Part shown: positions 22,499 through 31,101 of the stretch, in pieces
Position numbering within the stretch: position 1 is the stretch's first letter
How the letters are laid out: every line of letters begins with the position of its first letter
NCBI GenBank assembly: GCA_016871195.1
Contig: VFZN01000006.1
Coordinates: 81,489 to 145,488 of the forward strand
Length of the DNA: 64,000 nucleotides
From: Acidobacteriota bacterium
Lineage (GTDB): Bacteria > Acidobacteriota > Vicinamibacteria > Vicinamibacterales > UBA2999
Direction: 5' to 3'
Position numbers and translations under genes: made by a program
The notes under the pieces: generated by a model
What the model saw: only the letters and a program-made list of their open reading frames with translations
Told to the model about the DNA's origin: nothing
Databases searched by the model: none

Positions 22499-24652
22499 AT
22501 GACGCCCATGTCCATCTCCTCCTTCACGCGTCTCTTCTCAGGTGCGCTCGCCCTGACCACCGTGCTGCTGACGGTGTCGCTGACGGTCAGCGGGCAGTCG
22601 GTCCCGCAGGCACCGACCGCTCAAGCCCCACCGTCACCCCAGGCGCCGCCGGTGACGTTCCGTGCTGAAGTCAACTACGTGGAAGTAGATGCCCGGGTCC
22701 TCGACGAATCGGGTCGGTTCCTCGAGGGCCTGACCTCGGCGGACTTCCAGGTGTTTGAGGATGGCAAGCCGCAGAAGGTCGAGCTGTTTTCGTTGGTCAA
22801 CATGCCGGTGACGCGCACGCCGCGCCCGCTCTTCGCCTCCCGGCCGATTGAGCCGGACGTCGCCACCAACATCGAGGGACTCGACGGTCGTATCTATGTG
22901 GTCGTCCTGGACGACTTCCATACCAATCCCCAGCGGTCGCCCCGCGTCCGCGCGGCCGCCCGGCGCTTCATCGAGCAGTATGTCGGCGCCAACGACATGG
23001 TTGCCGTCGTCCACACCAGCGGTCGCAGCGATGCCGGCCAGGATTTCACCAACAACCAGCGCCTGCTGCTGCAGGCCGTCGATAAGTTCATGGGGCGGAA
23101 GCTGCGCTCATCGACCCTGAACCGGATCGATCAGGAGATGATGACCCGCGGCATGCGCCAGCCGGGCGAACGTGTGCAGGACATCGATGACATGGAGCGC
23201 GGTTATCAGGCGCGGTCGATGCTCGACGGCGTCCGCCAGCTGATGCGCTATCTGAGCGGGATCAGCGGACGACGCAAGGCCCTGGTCCTGTTCAGCGAAG
23301 GCATCGACTACGACATCACCAACGTGTTCGATAACCGCGAGGCCACGAACATTCTCGACGCGACCCGGCTGATGCTGTCCGAGGCCACGCGGGCCAACGT
23401 GGCGATGTACACCGTAGACCCGCGTGGCCTGGGCGGCCTTGCGGAGGAAGGCATCGAAGTGCAGTCGTTCCCCGAAGACCAGTCGCTCGGCATCAATTCG
23501 CAGTCGCTGTTCAACGAGCTGCAGCTCGGGCAGAACAGCCTGCGGGTGATGGCGGCCGAGACCGGCGGCTTCGCCGTCGTCAACACCAACGACTTCACCG
23601 GCGCCTATCAGCGCATCGTGGATGACAACAGCGCGTACTACGTCCTAGGCTACTACCCGACGAATGATAAGCGCGACGGGCGATTCCGGAAAATCGAGGT
23701 CAAGGTGCCGACGCGTCCCCGGGCGCAGGTGCGCGCCCGCAAGGGCTACATTGCCGCGCGCGGCCGCGCGGACAGCAAGCCGGCGGCTGCCGGCGACCTG
23801 ACGCCCGAACTGCGCGATGCGATGTCGAGTCCGCTGCCGCTGAGTGAGTTGCCCCTGGCCGTCACGGCCGCCGTCTTCAAGGGCCCGCAACCTAACGGCG
23901 CGGTGGTGCTGTCGACCCTGGTGGCGGGTCCCACGCTGCCCCTCGAAGAGAAAGATGGCCTGCTCCGGAATGCGCTCGAGGTCGCCGTCTCCGCGGTCAA
24001 CCAGTCCGGAAAGGTCTTCTCGGGCGGTCGCAACACGCTCGACCTCACTATGCGTCCTGACACAGCCAGCCGTGCCAGGGCACTCGGCTTCCGGATGGTC
24101 AGCACCATCGATTTGCCGCCGGGGCGCTACACGGTGCGGGTCGGCGCGCGCGAGCAGCTCACGCGGAAGGCTGGTTCGGTGTCGTACGACCTCGAAGTGC
24201 CGGACTTCACCAGAAAAGGCCTGCTCATCAGCAGCCTGGCACTGACGTCGGTCGCTAGTTCGGCGGCGCCGACCGCCCGGACCAAAGACCCCCTGCAGCA
24301 GCTGCTGCCCGGTCCGCTGTCGACCCATCGGGCATTCCCGCAGGGGGACGAGCTTGCGCTGTTCACCGAGGTCTACGACAACAGCGGGTCACAGCCGCAC
24401 AAGGTTGACATCTCGGTCACCCTGAAGGCCGAAGGCGGACAGTCGGTGTTCGAGACGCGCGAGGAGCGCGACTACAGTGAACTGAAGGGGTCGGGCGGCG
24501 GATACGGCGTTGCCGTCCGGGTTCCCCTCAAGAGCGCGGTGCCCGGCATGTATGTACTGGCGGTCGAGGCACGGTCGCGTCTGGAGAGTAAGCCCTCGGT
24601 TCGCCGGGAAACCATCGTGCGGGTGACGGCACCGGCACCCGCGGCACCGTAA
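22499..24652 (+). CDS. Secreted VWFA-related Acidobacterial-domain protein
   Basis: ATG at 22499; signal peptide. N-terminal FRAEVNYVEVDARVLDESGRF..GL...DFQVFEDGKPQKV followed by a VWA-like Rossmann segment matches the architecture known as the VWFA-related Acidobacterial domain. Confidence 0.75.
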   Translation: MTPMSISSFTRLFSGALALTTVLLTVSLTVSGQSVPQAPTAQAPPSPQAPPVTFRAEVNYVEVDARVLDESGRFLEGLTSADFQVFEDGKPQKVELFSLVNMPVTRTPRPLFASRPIEPDVATNIEGLDGRIYVVVLDDFHTNPQRSPRVRAAARRFIEQYVGANDMVAVVHTSGRSDAGQDFTNNQRLLLQAVDKFMGRKLRSSTLNRIDQEMMTRGMRQPGERVQDIDDMERGYQARSMLDGVRQLMRYLSGISGRRKALVLFSEGIDYDITNVFDNREATNILDATRLMLSEATRANVAMYTVDPRGLGGLAEEGIEVQSFPEDQSLGINSQSLFNELQLGQNSLRVMAAETGGFAVVNTNDFTGAYQRIVDDNSAYYVLGYYPTNDKRDGRFRKIEVKVPTRPRAQVRARKGYIAARGRADSKPAAAGDLTPELRDAMSSPLPLSELPLAVTAAVFKGPQPNGAVVLSTLVAGPTLPLEEKDGLLRNALEVAVSAVNQSGKVFSGGRNTLDLTMRPDTASRARALGFRMVSTIDLPPGRYTVRVGAREQLTRKAGSVSYDLEVPDFTRKGLLISSLALTSVASSAAPTARTKDPLQQLLPGPLSTHRAFPQGDELALFTEVYDNSGSQPHKVDISVTLKAEGGQSVFETREERDYSELKGSGGGYGVAVRVPLKSAVPGMYVLAVEARSRLESKPSVRRETIVRVTAPAPAAP

Positions 24653-24767
24653 GGGGCGGGTGCGGCCTCCGATGCATCGCCGCAGGTTACCGCCGCGCGC
24701 TGGGCCGGCGGTGGTCGCGGGACGATGACAACGGGACTGTCGTCCTCTCGGCAGTCGGCTGGAATGC

Positions 24768-24810
24768 AAACGGGGCGCTGCGGCCAGTGACCGCGCGCCC
24801 CGTTTTCTGT
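24768..24810. terminator. Bidirectional intrinsic terminator between convergent genes
   Basis: aaacggggcgc-(16 nt)-gcgccccgttt followed by ttctgtg. 11-bp perfect stem flanked by an A-run and a T-run. Confidence 0.75.
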
Positions 24811-24897
24811 GTCAGTGCCCTCTGGGCGAGGGGCGGACGGCGGGTCGGCGGGTGAGGCGTCAACACCTCGACCCGACGCCCGACTCGCACGCACGGT

Positions 24898-25335
24898 TTA
24901 CATCGTCGGCGCCGATACGGTCAGGCTCTTCACCACGGTGGGCTTTACGGCACCATTGGAGTGGGTGAACTGGTACTGGTTCGACTTGAACTTGGGGCTG
25001 CGCGGCGTACGGAGCTCAACGCGGATGACCTCGTCCTTCATGAGCGGCTTGGTGTGGCGGTAGATGCCGCCGCCGACCGGGTTGCCTCCCCCGTCGTACC
25101 AGTTTTCCTCAATCTTGAGGCCGGCGATGGGGTTGGCCGACGTATTCCTGACCAGGATGACCGTCACCACTTCGTTCTTGACCAGTTTGGTGTCGGGCTT
25201 GGTGATCTCAACGGTGGCTTCGCCGCGCTGCGGCGAAATCAGCTTGCGGGGCGCGGGCGTCTGCGCGGCGACGGGCGCCAGCAGGACGCCGACCGCAGCG
25301 ATGGTGGCCAACACGCGCTGGCTCAGGCGAATCAT
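24898..25335 (-). CDS. Small secreted protein of unknown function
   Basis: Signal peptide MIRLSQRVLATIAAVGVLLAPVAAQ. AGGAG SD. Own CTATAAT box at 25383-25378. GC looks lower than the neighbours. Confidence 0.7.
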   Translation of the reverse strand: MIRLSQRVLATIAAVGVLLAPVAAQTPAPRKLISPQRGEATVEITKPDTKLVKNEVVTVILVRNTSANPIAGLKIEENWYDGGGNPVGGGIYRHTKPLMKDEVIRVELRTPRSPKFKSNQYQFTHSNGAVKPTVVKSLTVSAPTM

Positions 25336-25388
25336 GGGAACTCCTTCGGGTAAACGGGACCAGTCAAAACCTGACGGATTATAGTGCC

Positions 25389-25847
25389 TTACATCTCGCC
25401 ATTCCAGTCCTCAGGTTCGGCGGCCACCGACCGGAAGACTTCCAGGTGCCATTTGCCCCCACCCCAGGGCTCGATGACCTCGGTCGCCACGACGTCCACC
25501 AGCAGCTCGGCGAACGCCCTGTGCTCCGGGTCGCCCTCGAGGTGATAGGCCGCATCCTCCCAGCCGAAGTTGGGATAGAGCGTCATGGTCAGGAACAGAT
25601 CATAGCCATCGTCGACCACGATGAGCTGGCCTACCGGGCGTTTCTGGGTCGAGTGGTACACGAGATATTTTTCGGCACTGTGCGCACGGATGTAGCGCTT
25701 GAGGACGAACTCGCGCGCCACAACCTCTTCGACGGCAATCTTCTTGTCCCAGCAGTCACGGCAGTAGCGCTCGTCGCCCCGGGGTTCGGAAATGTCCTTC
25801 GACCCGCACAGGGTGCACTTGGCCTTGCCTGCGGCTTTTTTTGACAT
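25389..25847 (-). CDS. Zinc-ribbon protein of unknown function
   Basis: ATG at 25847, 4 nt after the glgP stop. N-terminal CTLCGS-(13)-CRDCW four-Cys ribbon, then an unrecognised roughly 115-aa domain. Confidence 0.6.
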   Translation of the reverse strand: MSKKAAGKAKCTLCGSKDISEPRGDERYCRDCWDKKIAVEEVVAREFVLKRYIRAHSAEKYLVYHSTQKRPVGQLIVVDDGYDLFLTMTLYPNFGWEDAAYHLEGDPEHRAFAELLVDVVATEVIEPWGGGKWHLEVFRSVAAEPEDWNGEM

Positions 25848-25851
25848 CTGA

Positions 25852-28005
25852 TTATTGTACGGGGGCCGACGAGGCCGGCCCGTACATTTCCACGACATAC
25901 TGCTTCAGCATGCGCCGGGTTGAGAAGCGCACCAGGCTGGTGCGCATGGCCTGGCGGACCACACGCAGCCAGTCGCGCGGTGTGCCGTCGGGCTCTCTCG
26001 CATAAAAACGCGGCACGACGTCGGTCTCGAGCAGCATGTAGAGGGCGTCGGCGTCGGCCGCATCGGTGGCCGTCTGGTCGCTCGGGTCGGTCGCAGCGCT
26101 GATCAGCCAGCCGTTATCGCCTGTGTAGCCCTCGGCCCACCAGCCGTCACCGATGCTGAGATGCGGGACGCCGTTCATGGCGGCCTTCATGCCGCTGGTG
26201 CCGCTAGCTTCCAGGGGCTTCCGCGGATTGTTCAGCCAGACATCGCAGCCATGCACCAGATAGCGGGCCACGAGCATGTCGTAGTCGTCGATGAAGGCGA
26301 TACGTCCGCCGAAGGTCGGGTCGAGACAGTGCTGGAAGACCCGCTGCAGGTGATGCTTGGCCGGTTCGTCGGCCGGATGCGCTTTTCCGGCAAACACGAT
26401 CTGCACCGGGCGACCGATGCGCGTCACCAGGCGGGCCAGCCGCTCGGCATCGTGGAAGATGAGTTCCGGTCGCTTGTAGGCCGTGAACCGTCGCGCATAG
26501 CCGATCGTCAGCACGTCGGGGTCGAGCATCGCCCCCGCAGCGACGATGCGGTTGGGCGTGACATGGTCGTCGACCCAGCGCGAGCGCAGGCGCTCGCGGA
26601 TGAAGGCAAACAGGTCATGCCGCTGCCTGGTGCGGGCGGCCCACAGTTCCCCATCGGGAATCTCGAGCAGGGCATCCCAGATGGCGCTGTCGTCATTGCG
26701 GTCGAGCCAGCCCGCGCCGGCGTAGCGCGTGATGAGTTCACTAATGGGCGTGGCCAGCCAGGTCGGCACATGCACGCCGTTGGTGATGGCCCGTACAGGC
26801 CTGGCCGAGGCTGGGGTGTCTGGCCACAGGGGCGCCCACATGTCGCGCGTCACCGCCCCGTGCAGCTGCGACACGCCGTTGATGTGCGCGGCCCCGCGCA
26901 TCGCCAGGGCCGTCATGTTGAACTGCGGGCCATGTCCGTTGTCGTAGGCGCCGAGCGCCAGAAAGTGCTCGCGGTCGCCGTCGCGGTCACGCCAGCACGA
27001 GGCCAGCGAACGTTCCACCTGGGCGAAGGCGAAGGCATCGTGTCCCGCCGCGACCGGCGTATGGGTCGTGAACACGGTGTGTGCCCGCACGTCGGCGAGG
27101 GCGTCGTCGAACGAGTCTCCGCGGTCTCGACACTCGCGTAGTCGCTCGAAAATCACAAAACCGGCGTGGCCTTCGTTGAGATGCCAGACCGTGGGCGATA
27201 CCCCCAGCGCGCGCAGCGCCAGCACACCGCCGACGCCGAGCACCGCCTCCTGCTGCAGCCGCGTGTCCCGGTCTCCGCCGTACAGGCGTGCCGAGAGCTC
27301 ACGGTCCCACGGGGCATTCTCAGGCACATCGGTGTCGAGCAGGTACAGCCGCACGCGCGCCAGCCTGACGCACCACACGGCCGCGTGCACGGTGCGGTCG
27401 CCGAGCGGCACCTGCACGGTGCAGGCGCGGCCATCTGGCGTGAACGCGGCGGCAATGGGGGCTTCGGTCCACGTCAGACGCTCGTAGCGTTCCTCCTGCC
27501 ACCCGGTCGGCGACATCCGCTGGTGGAAGTAGCCCTGCGGGTACATAAAACCGATGCCTACCAGCGGGACGCCGAGGGCGCTCGCCTCCTTGCAGTGATC
27601 ACCGGCGAGCACGCCGAGTCCACCGGCATAGATGGGCAGGGAGGGATGCAGCGCAAACTCGGCCGAAAAATATGCGACGGTGCCGCCCTTCAGCGTACGG
27701 CCGTGCTCCGCCCACCAGGGATGGGTCAACTCGCACTCGCTGTCTCGGGCCCGCACGGCCTCGTCGTACATCGCGAGAAACGCCGGGTCCTGTGCAGCGG
27801 CCTGCAGCCGAGCCGCCGACATGCGTTGCAGCATCCTGACCGGGTTGTGGGATGTCTGGTGCCACAGTGACGTGTCGAGGTGGCGAAACATCGCCCGTGC
27901 GCGCGTATCCCAGCTCCACCAGAGGTCAGTGGCCAGGTCGTGCAGGCGGGGAAGTCGGGGGGGGAGCGGGGCTGCTGCAGCGAACCGGTCGTCGATGGTA
28001 GGCAT
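25852..28005 (-). CDS. glgP: Alpha-glucan phosphorylase (GT35)
   Basis: 717 aa. AYFSAEF..H..LPIYAGGLGVLAGDH and EASGTSGMKAAMNG (PLP lysine) motifs. Confidence 0.93.
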   Translation of the reverse strand: MPTIDDRFAAAAPLPPRLPRLHDLATDLWWSWDTRARAMFRHLDTSLWHQTSHNPVRMLQRMSAARLQAAAQDPAFLAMYDEAVRARDSECELTHPWWAEHGRTLKGGTVAYFSAEFALHPSLPIYAGGLGVLAGDHCKEASALGVPLVGIGFMYPQGYFHQRMSPTGWQEERYERLTWTEAPIAAAFTPDGRACTVQVPLGDRTVHAAVWCVRLARVRLYLLDTDVPENAPWDRELSARLYGGDRDTRLQQEAVLGVGGVLALRALGVSPTVWHLNEGHAGFVIFERLRECRDRGDSFDDALADVRAHTVFTTHTPVAAGHDAFAFAQVERSLASCWRDRDGDREHFLALGAYDNGHGPQFNMTALAMRGAAHINGVSQLHGAVTRDMWAPLWPDTPASARPVRAITNGVHVPTWLATPISELITRYAGAGWLDRNDDSAIWDALLEIPDGELWAARTRQRHDLFAFIRERLRSRWVDDHVTPNRIVAAGAMLDPDVLTIGYARRFTAYKRPELIFHDAERLARLVTRIGRPVQIVFAGKAHPADEPAKHHLQRVFQHCLDPTFGGRIAFIDDYDMLVARYLVHGCDVWLNNPRKPLEASGTSGMKAAMNGVPHLSIGDGWWAEGYTGDNGWLISAATDPSDQTATDAADADALYMLLETDVVPRFYAREPDGTPRDWLRVVRQAMRTSLVRFSTRRMLKQYVVEMYGPASSAPVQ

Positions 28006-28029
28006 TCGGAAAGCCGGTGACCGCGAGGG

Positions 28030-29001
28030 CTACGAGGGAAGAGGCGCGGCCCCCACCAACTGGGCGAAGCGTGACAGGTCGATATTTCCGCCTGAGACGA
28101 CGGCCACGACGGTACCGCGTCCGGCCCGGCCGCTCATCGCGGCGGCGATGGCGCAGCCCGCCGCCCCTTCGGCGACCACGTGCACGCGGTCGGCGGTGTA
28201 GCGCATGGCGGTGGCGATCTCGGCGAGCGGCAGCACGATCGATTCATCCACGGCCTCGCGCAGGAGCGGCCACATCGTCGGCAGCACCGATTTGCCGCCC
28301 GCCCCGTCGACAAACGACGCGGTCCATCCGTCAAAGTATCGCGCGTCACCGGCGCGCAGCGATGCGGCCAGCGGTGCGGCGGTTTCCGGTTCGGCGGCGA
28401 TGACCCGCACATCGGGGCGCAGCGCCTTGACGACGGCCCCGACGCCGGCAATCAGGCCTCCGCCGCCAATCGACGTGACGATGGTATCGACGTGGGGCAG
28501 GTCTTCCAGAATTTCAAGGGCCAGCGTCGCGTTTCCCGCGATGAAATCATCATCGTCAAACGGATGCACGAGCCTGCCCTGCATCCGTGACGAGGCGTGG
28601 GACTCGACGGTCTTCCAGGCCTCCTCGTACGGCACCGTGACCATCGACGCGCCCAGGGCGGCGATGCTGCGCCGCTTGGTCTCGGGGGCGGTGTCCATCA
28701 CCATGACCGAGCACGGGATGCCCGCCCGGCGCGCCGCGAAGGCGACGCCCTGTGCGGCATTGCCTGCACTGACGGTCCACACACCATCGCTCAGAACCTC
28801 GGCTGGCAGCCGACGCACGGCATTCCACGCGCCTCGCAGCTTGAACGATCCGATAGGTTGCAGCGATTCGAGCTTGAGATAGACCGTAGGTCTCTGGCCA
28901 TCGGCGAATGGCAGATCGAGCCGGATGAGCGGGGTGCGGACGGCCGCCTCGTACATGTGTGTGGCGGCCTGGCGCACCGCGTCGAGGGAGATGCGGCGCA
29001 T
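28030..29001 (-). CDS. PLP-dependent threonine/serine dehydratase-family enzyme
   Basis: ATG at 29001 (MRRISLD). PLP-lysine motif SFKLRGA, GNAAQG, glycine loop GGGGLIAG. About 323 aa. The long ORF-track N-terminus is antisense to the next gene. Confidence 0.85.
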   Translation of the reverse strand: MRRISLDAVRQAATHMYEAAVRTPLIRLDLPFADGQRPTVYLKLESLQPIGSFKLRGAWNAVRRLPAEVLSDGVWTVSAGNAAQGVAFAARRAGIPCSVMVMDTAPETKRRSIAALGASMVTVPYEEAWKTVESHASSRMQGRLVHPFDDDDFIAGNATLALEILEDLPHVDTIVTSIGGGGLIAGVGAVVKALRPDVRVIAAEPETAAPLAASLRAGDARYFDGWTASFVDGAGGKSVLPTMWPLLREAVDESIVLPLAEIATAMRYTADRVHVVAEGAAGCAIAAAMSGRAGRGTVVAVVSGGNIDLSRFAQLVGAAPLPS

Positions 29002-29062
29002 GACGAACGTCGGCGATCGTATCATGCGACGTCCGGAGGTCAGGTCCGGGCAAGGAGGGCTG

Positions 29063-30196
29063 ATGCGTCTCGTCGTCTGTGTGTGTGTCGCGGTGTCGAC
29101 GGCGGTGGTGGCGGCGCAGCCGCCGGGTCGTCCGAGGGCGCGTGATCTCGGTATCGCCCCCGGCGTGTTCGACCCAGGGCCGCTGAATGCGATTACCGAC
29201 GTGGCGGGCGTGCGGGTGGGACAGGTGACCCTGCGCGAGGGCCGTCGCATCCGCACGGGCGTGACGGCGGTCGTGCCGCATGGCGGCAACCTGTTCCAGC
29301 AGAAGGTACCCGGCGCTGTGTTTGTCGGTAACGCCTTTGGCAAGCTGGCCGGATCGACCCAAGTGCAGGAACTGGGCACCATTGAAACGCCCGTGGTGCT
29401 GACAAACACTCTCGCGGTCGGCGCGGTCGTTGAAGGCGTCGTGCAGTGGACGCTGGCGCAGCCCGGCAACGAGCAGGTGCGATCGGTCAATCCGCTGGTG
29501 GGGGAGACCAACGACGGCGGACTCAATGACATCAGGGCCCTTGCGGTGCGTCCCGAGCACGTGAGGCGCGCGATTGCATCTGCCGCCGGGGGCGCGGTTG
29601 AAGAGGGCAGCGTCGGTGCAGGCACGGGCACGCGCGCATTTGCCTGGAAGGGCGGCATCGGTACCTCGTCGCGGCGACTCCCGGACGCCTATGGCGGCTA
29701 CACGGTGGGTATCCTTGTGCAGAGCAACTACGGCGGTGTGCTCACCATCGACGGGGTGCCGGTCGGCCGACTCCTGGGCCAGTATGCCTACCAGCCCCGA
29801 CGCCCGGCGGCTGAACGCGGGGACGGGTCGTGCATGATTGTGGTGGCCACCGATGCCCCGCTCGATGCGCGAGATCTCGAACGCCTGGCCGCGCGAGCCG
29901 TGTTCGGCTTGGCCCGAACCGGCTCCTCGTACAGCAACGGCAGTGGCGATTATGCGGTGGCCTTCTCGACCCATCCCTCGCTGCGCGTGACCTTCGGCGC
30001 CGACGCGCCGTCCCCGCGGACCCTGCTCCCTACCGACGGCGTCTCGCCGCTGTTCCAGGCCGTGCTTGAGGCCACCGAAGAGGCGGTCTACAACTCGTTG
30101 TTCACCGCCACATCCGAGTCCACCGACATCGGCACAGTCGATGCCCTTCCGGTTGATCGCGTACGCGACCTGCTGACACGGTATCGCCCGCGATGA
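29063..30196 (+). CDS. Secreted P1/S58-family (DmpA-like) aminopeptidase
   Basis: ATG at 29063 with AAGGAGG; signal peptide. ITDVAGVRVGQVT and GETNDG motifs and a GGIGTSS candidate self-cleavage region. Confidence 0.75.
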   Translation: MRLVVCVCVAVSTAVVAAQPPGRPRARDLGIAPGVFDPGPLNAITDVAGVRVGQVTLREGRRIRTGVTAVVPHGGNLFQQKVPGAVFVGNAFGKLAGSTQVQELGTIETPVVLTNTLAVGAVVEGVVQWTLAQPGNEQVRSVNPLVGETNDGGLNDIRALAVRPEHVRRAIASAAGGAVEEGSVGAGTGTRAFAWKGGIGTSSRRLPDAYGGYTVGILVQSNYGGVLTIDGVPVGRLLGQYAYQPRRPAAERGDGSCMIVVATDAPLDARDLERLAARAVFGLARTGSSYSNGSGDYAVAFSTHPSLRVTFGADAPSPRTLLPTDGVSPLFQAVLEATEEAVYNSLFTATSESTDIGTVDALPVDRVRDLLTRYRPR

Positions 30197-30212
30197 ATCT
30201 ACGGCCGCAGCG

Positions 30213-30242
30213 TTTACTTCATCCCGCTGATGCTGCTATAGT
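30213..30242 (+). promoter_or_regulatory. Candidate promoter of tRNA-Leu (-35 TTTACT, 18-nt spacer, -10 TATAGT)
   Basis: Read directly. The -10 is embedded in GCTATAGT, matching the recurring motif in this window. Confidence 0.55.
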
Positions 30243-30298
30243 CTGAGGTCTGCCCACGGGCGTTCAGCCCGGGGGTCGCTGCAAGGCGGTCCCAGCAT

Positions 30299-30384
30299 GC
30301 GGAAGTGGCGGAATGGCAGACGCGCTAGCCTCAGGAGCTAGTCCGGGCAACCGGGTGGAGGTTCGAGTCCTCTCTTCCGCACCA
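30299..30384 (+). tRNA. tRNA-Leu (anticodon CAG), CCA encoded
   Basis: Hand-folded: acceptor GCGGAAG/CTTCCGC, anticodon stem CTAGC/GCTAG with loop CTCAGGA, long variable arm CCGG-GCAA-CCGG, T-arm GGAGG-TTCGAGT-CCTCT, discriminator A then CCA. Confidence 0.93.
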
Positions 30385-30387
30385 GAC

Positions 30388-31053
30388 ATGCACCATCCAT
30401 CGCCCGCGCCTGTGGACTCCCTGCCGTCTTCCTCCGTCGTGCCGCTGATTGTGGGTGTGGCCGGAGGTTCGGGGTCAGGCAAATCCACTGTGGTGCGGCG
30501 CATTATGGACAGCCTCGGGCCGGATCAGGCGGTGGTGCTTGACCACGACCGGTATTACCGAGACCGCAACGATCTTCGTCTGGAAGAGCGCGCGGCCCTC
30601 AACTACGACCATCCGGATGCCCTGGAAACGGCGCTGATGGTGCAGCATCTGCAGGCGCTTCGGGCTGGCACCCCGGTGCAGGTGCCGCGCTACGATTTCG
30701 CGCGTCATGCCCGCCTCCTCGAGACGGACACCATCACGCCGCGGCGTGCCATCATCGTCGAGGGTATTCTGGTGTTCACCGATGCCGCCCTGCGGGCCCT
30801 GATGGACCTCAAGGTGTTTGTCGACACCGATGCCGACACCCTCTTCATCCGCCGCCTCGAGCGCGACGTTGCCCACCGCGGTCGGACCATGGCGTCGGTG
30901 ATTGACCAGTACCAGTCGACGGTGAAACCTATGCACCTCGAGTTTGTCGAGCCGTCAAAGCGTTATGCCGACGTGATTGTGCCCGTCGGCGGACACAATC
31001 ACGTAGCGGTGGATCTGCTGCTGACCCTGCTGCGTTCGGTGGCGACGAGCTAG
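30388..31053 (+). CDS. udk: Uridine kinase
   Basis: P-loop GVAGGSGSGKST, NYDHPDA, and VEPSKRYADVIVP near the C-terminus. ATG lies 3 nt after the tRNA CCA. The start is uncertain (GTG at 30412 or 30439 is possible). Confidence 0.88.
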   Translation: MHHPSPAPVDSLPSSSVVPLIVGVAGGSGSGKSTVVRRIMDSLGPDQAVVLDHDRYYRDRNDLRLEERAALNYDHPDALETALMVQHLQALRAGTPVQVPRYDFARHARLLETDTITPRRAIIVEGILVFTDAALRALMDLKVFVDTDADTLFIRRLERDVAHRGRTMASVIDQYQSTVKPMHLEFVEPSKRYADVIVPVGGHNHVAVDLLLTLLRSVATS

Positions 31054-31101
31054 CCGCCACGGACGCGTCGCGTGTCGGCGCCAGGAAAGGGAAGGAACCC
31101 G

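Noticed and set aside
24653-24767. Possible small RNA in the 245-nt convergent spacer after the VWA gene (contains a GACGA...TCGTC hairpin upstream of the strong terminator).
   Set aside because: I saw no promoter-like CTATAnT box in the right orientation. It is most simply the 3' UTR of the VWA gene ending at the 24768-24810 terminator.
30299-31100. tRNA-Leu as an integration site for a genomic island.
   Set aside because: No integrase, no phage or IS genes, and I did not notice a direct repeat of the tRNA 3' end downstream. The flanking genes (udk, sppA) are ordinary housekeeping genes. A proper repeat search was not possible by eye.
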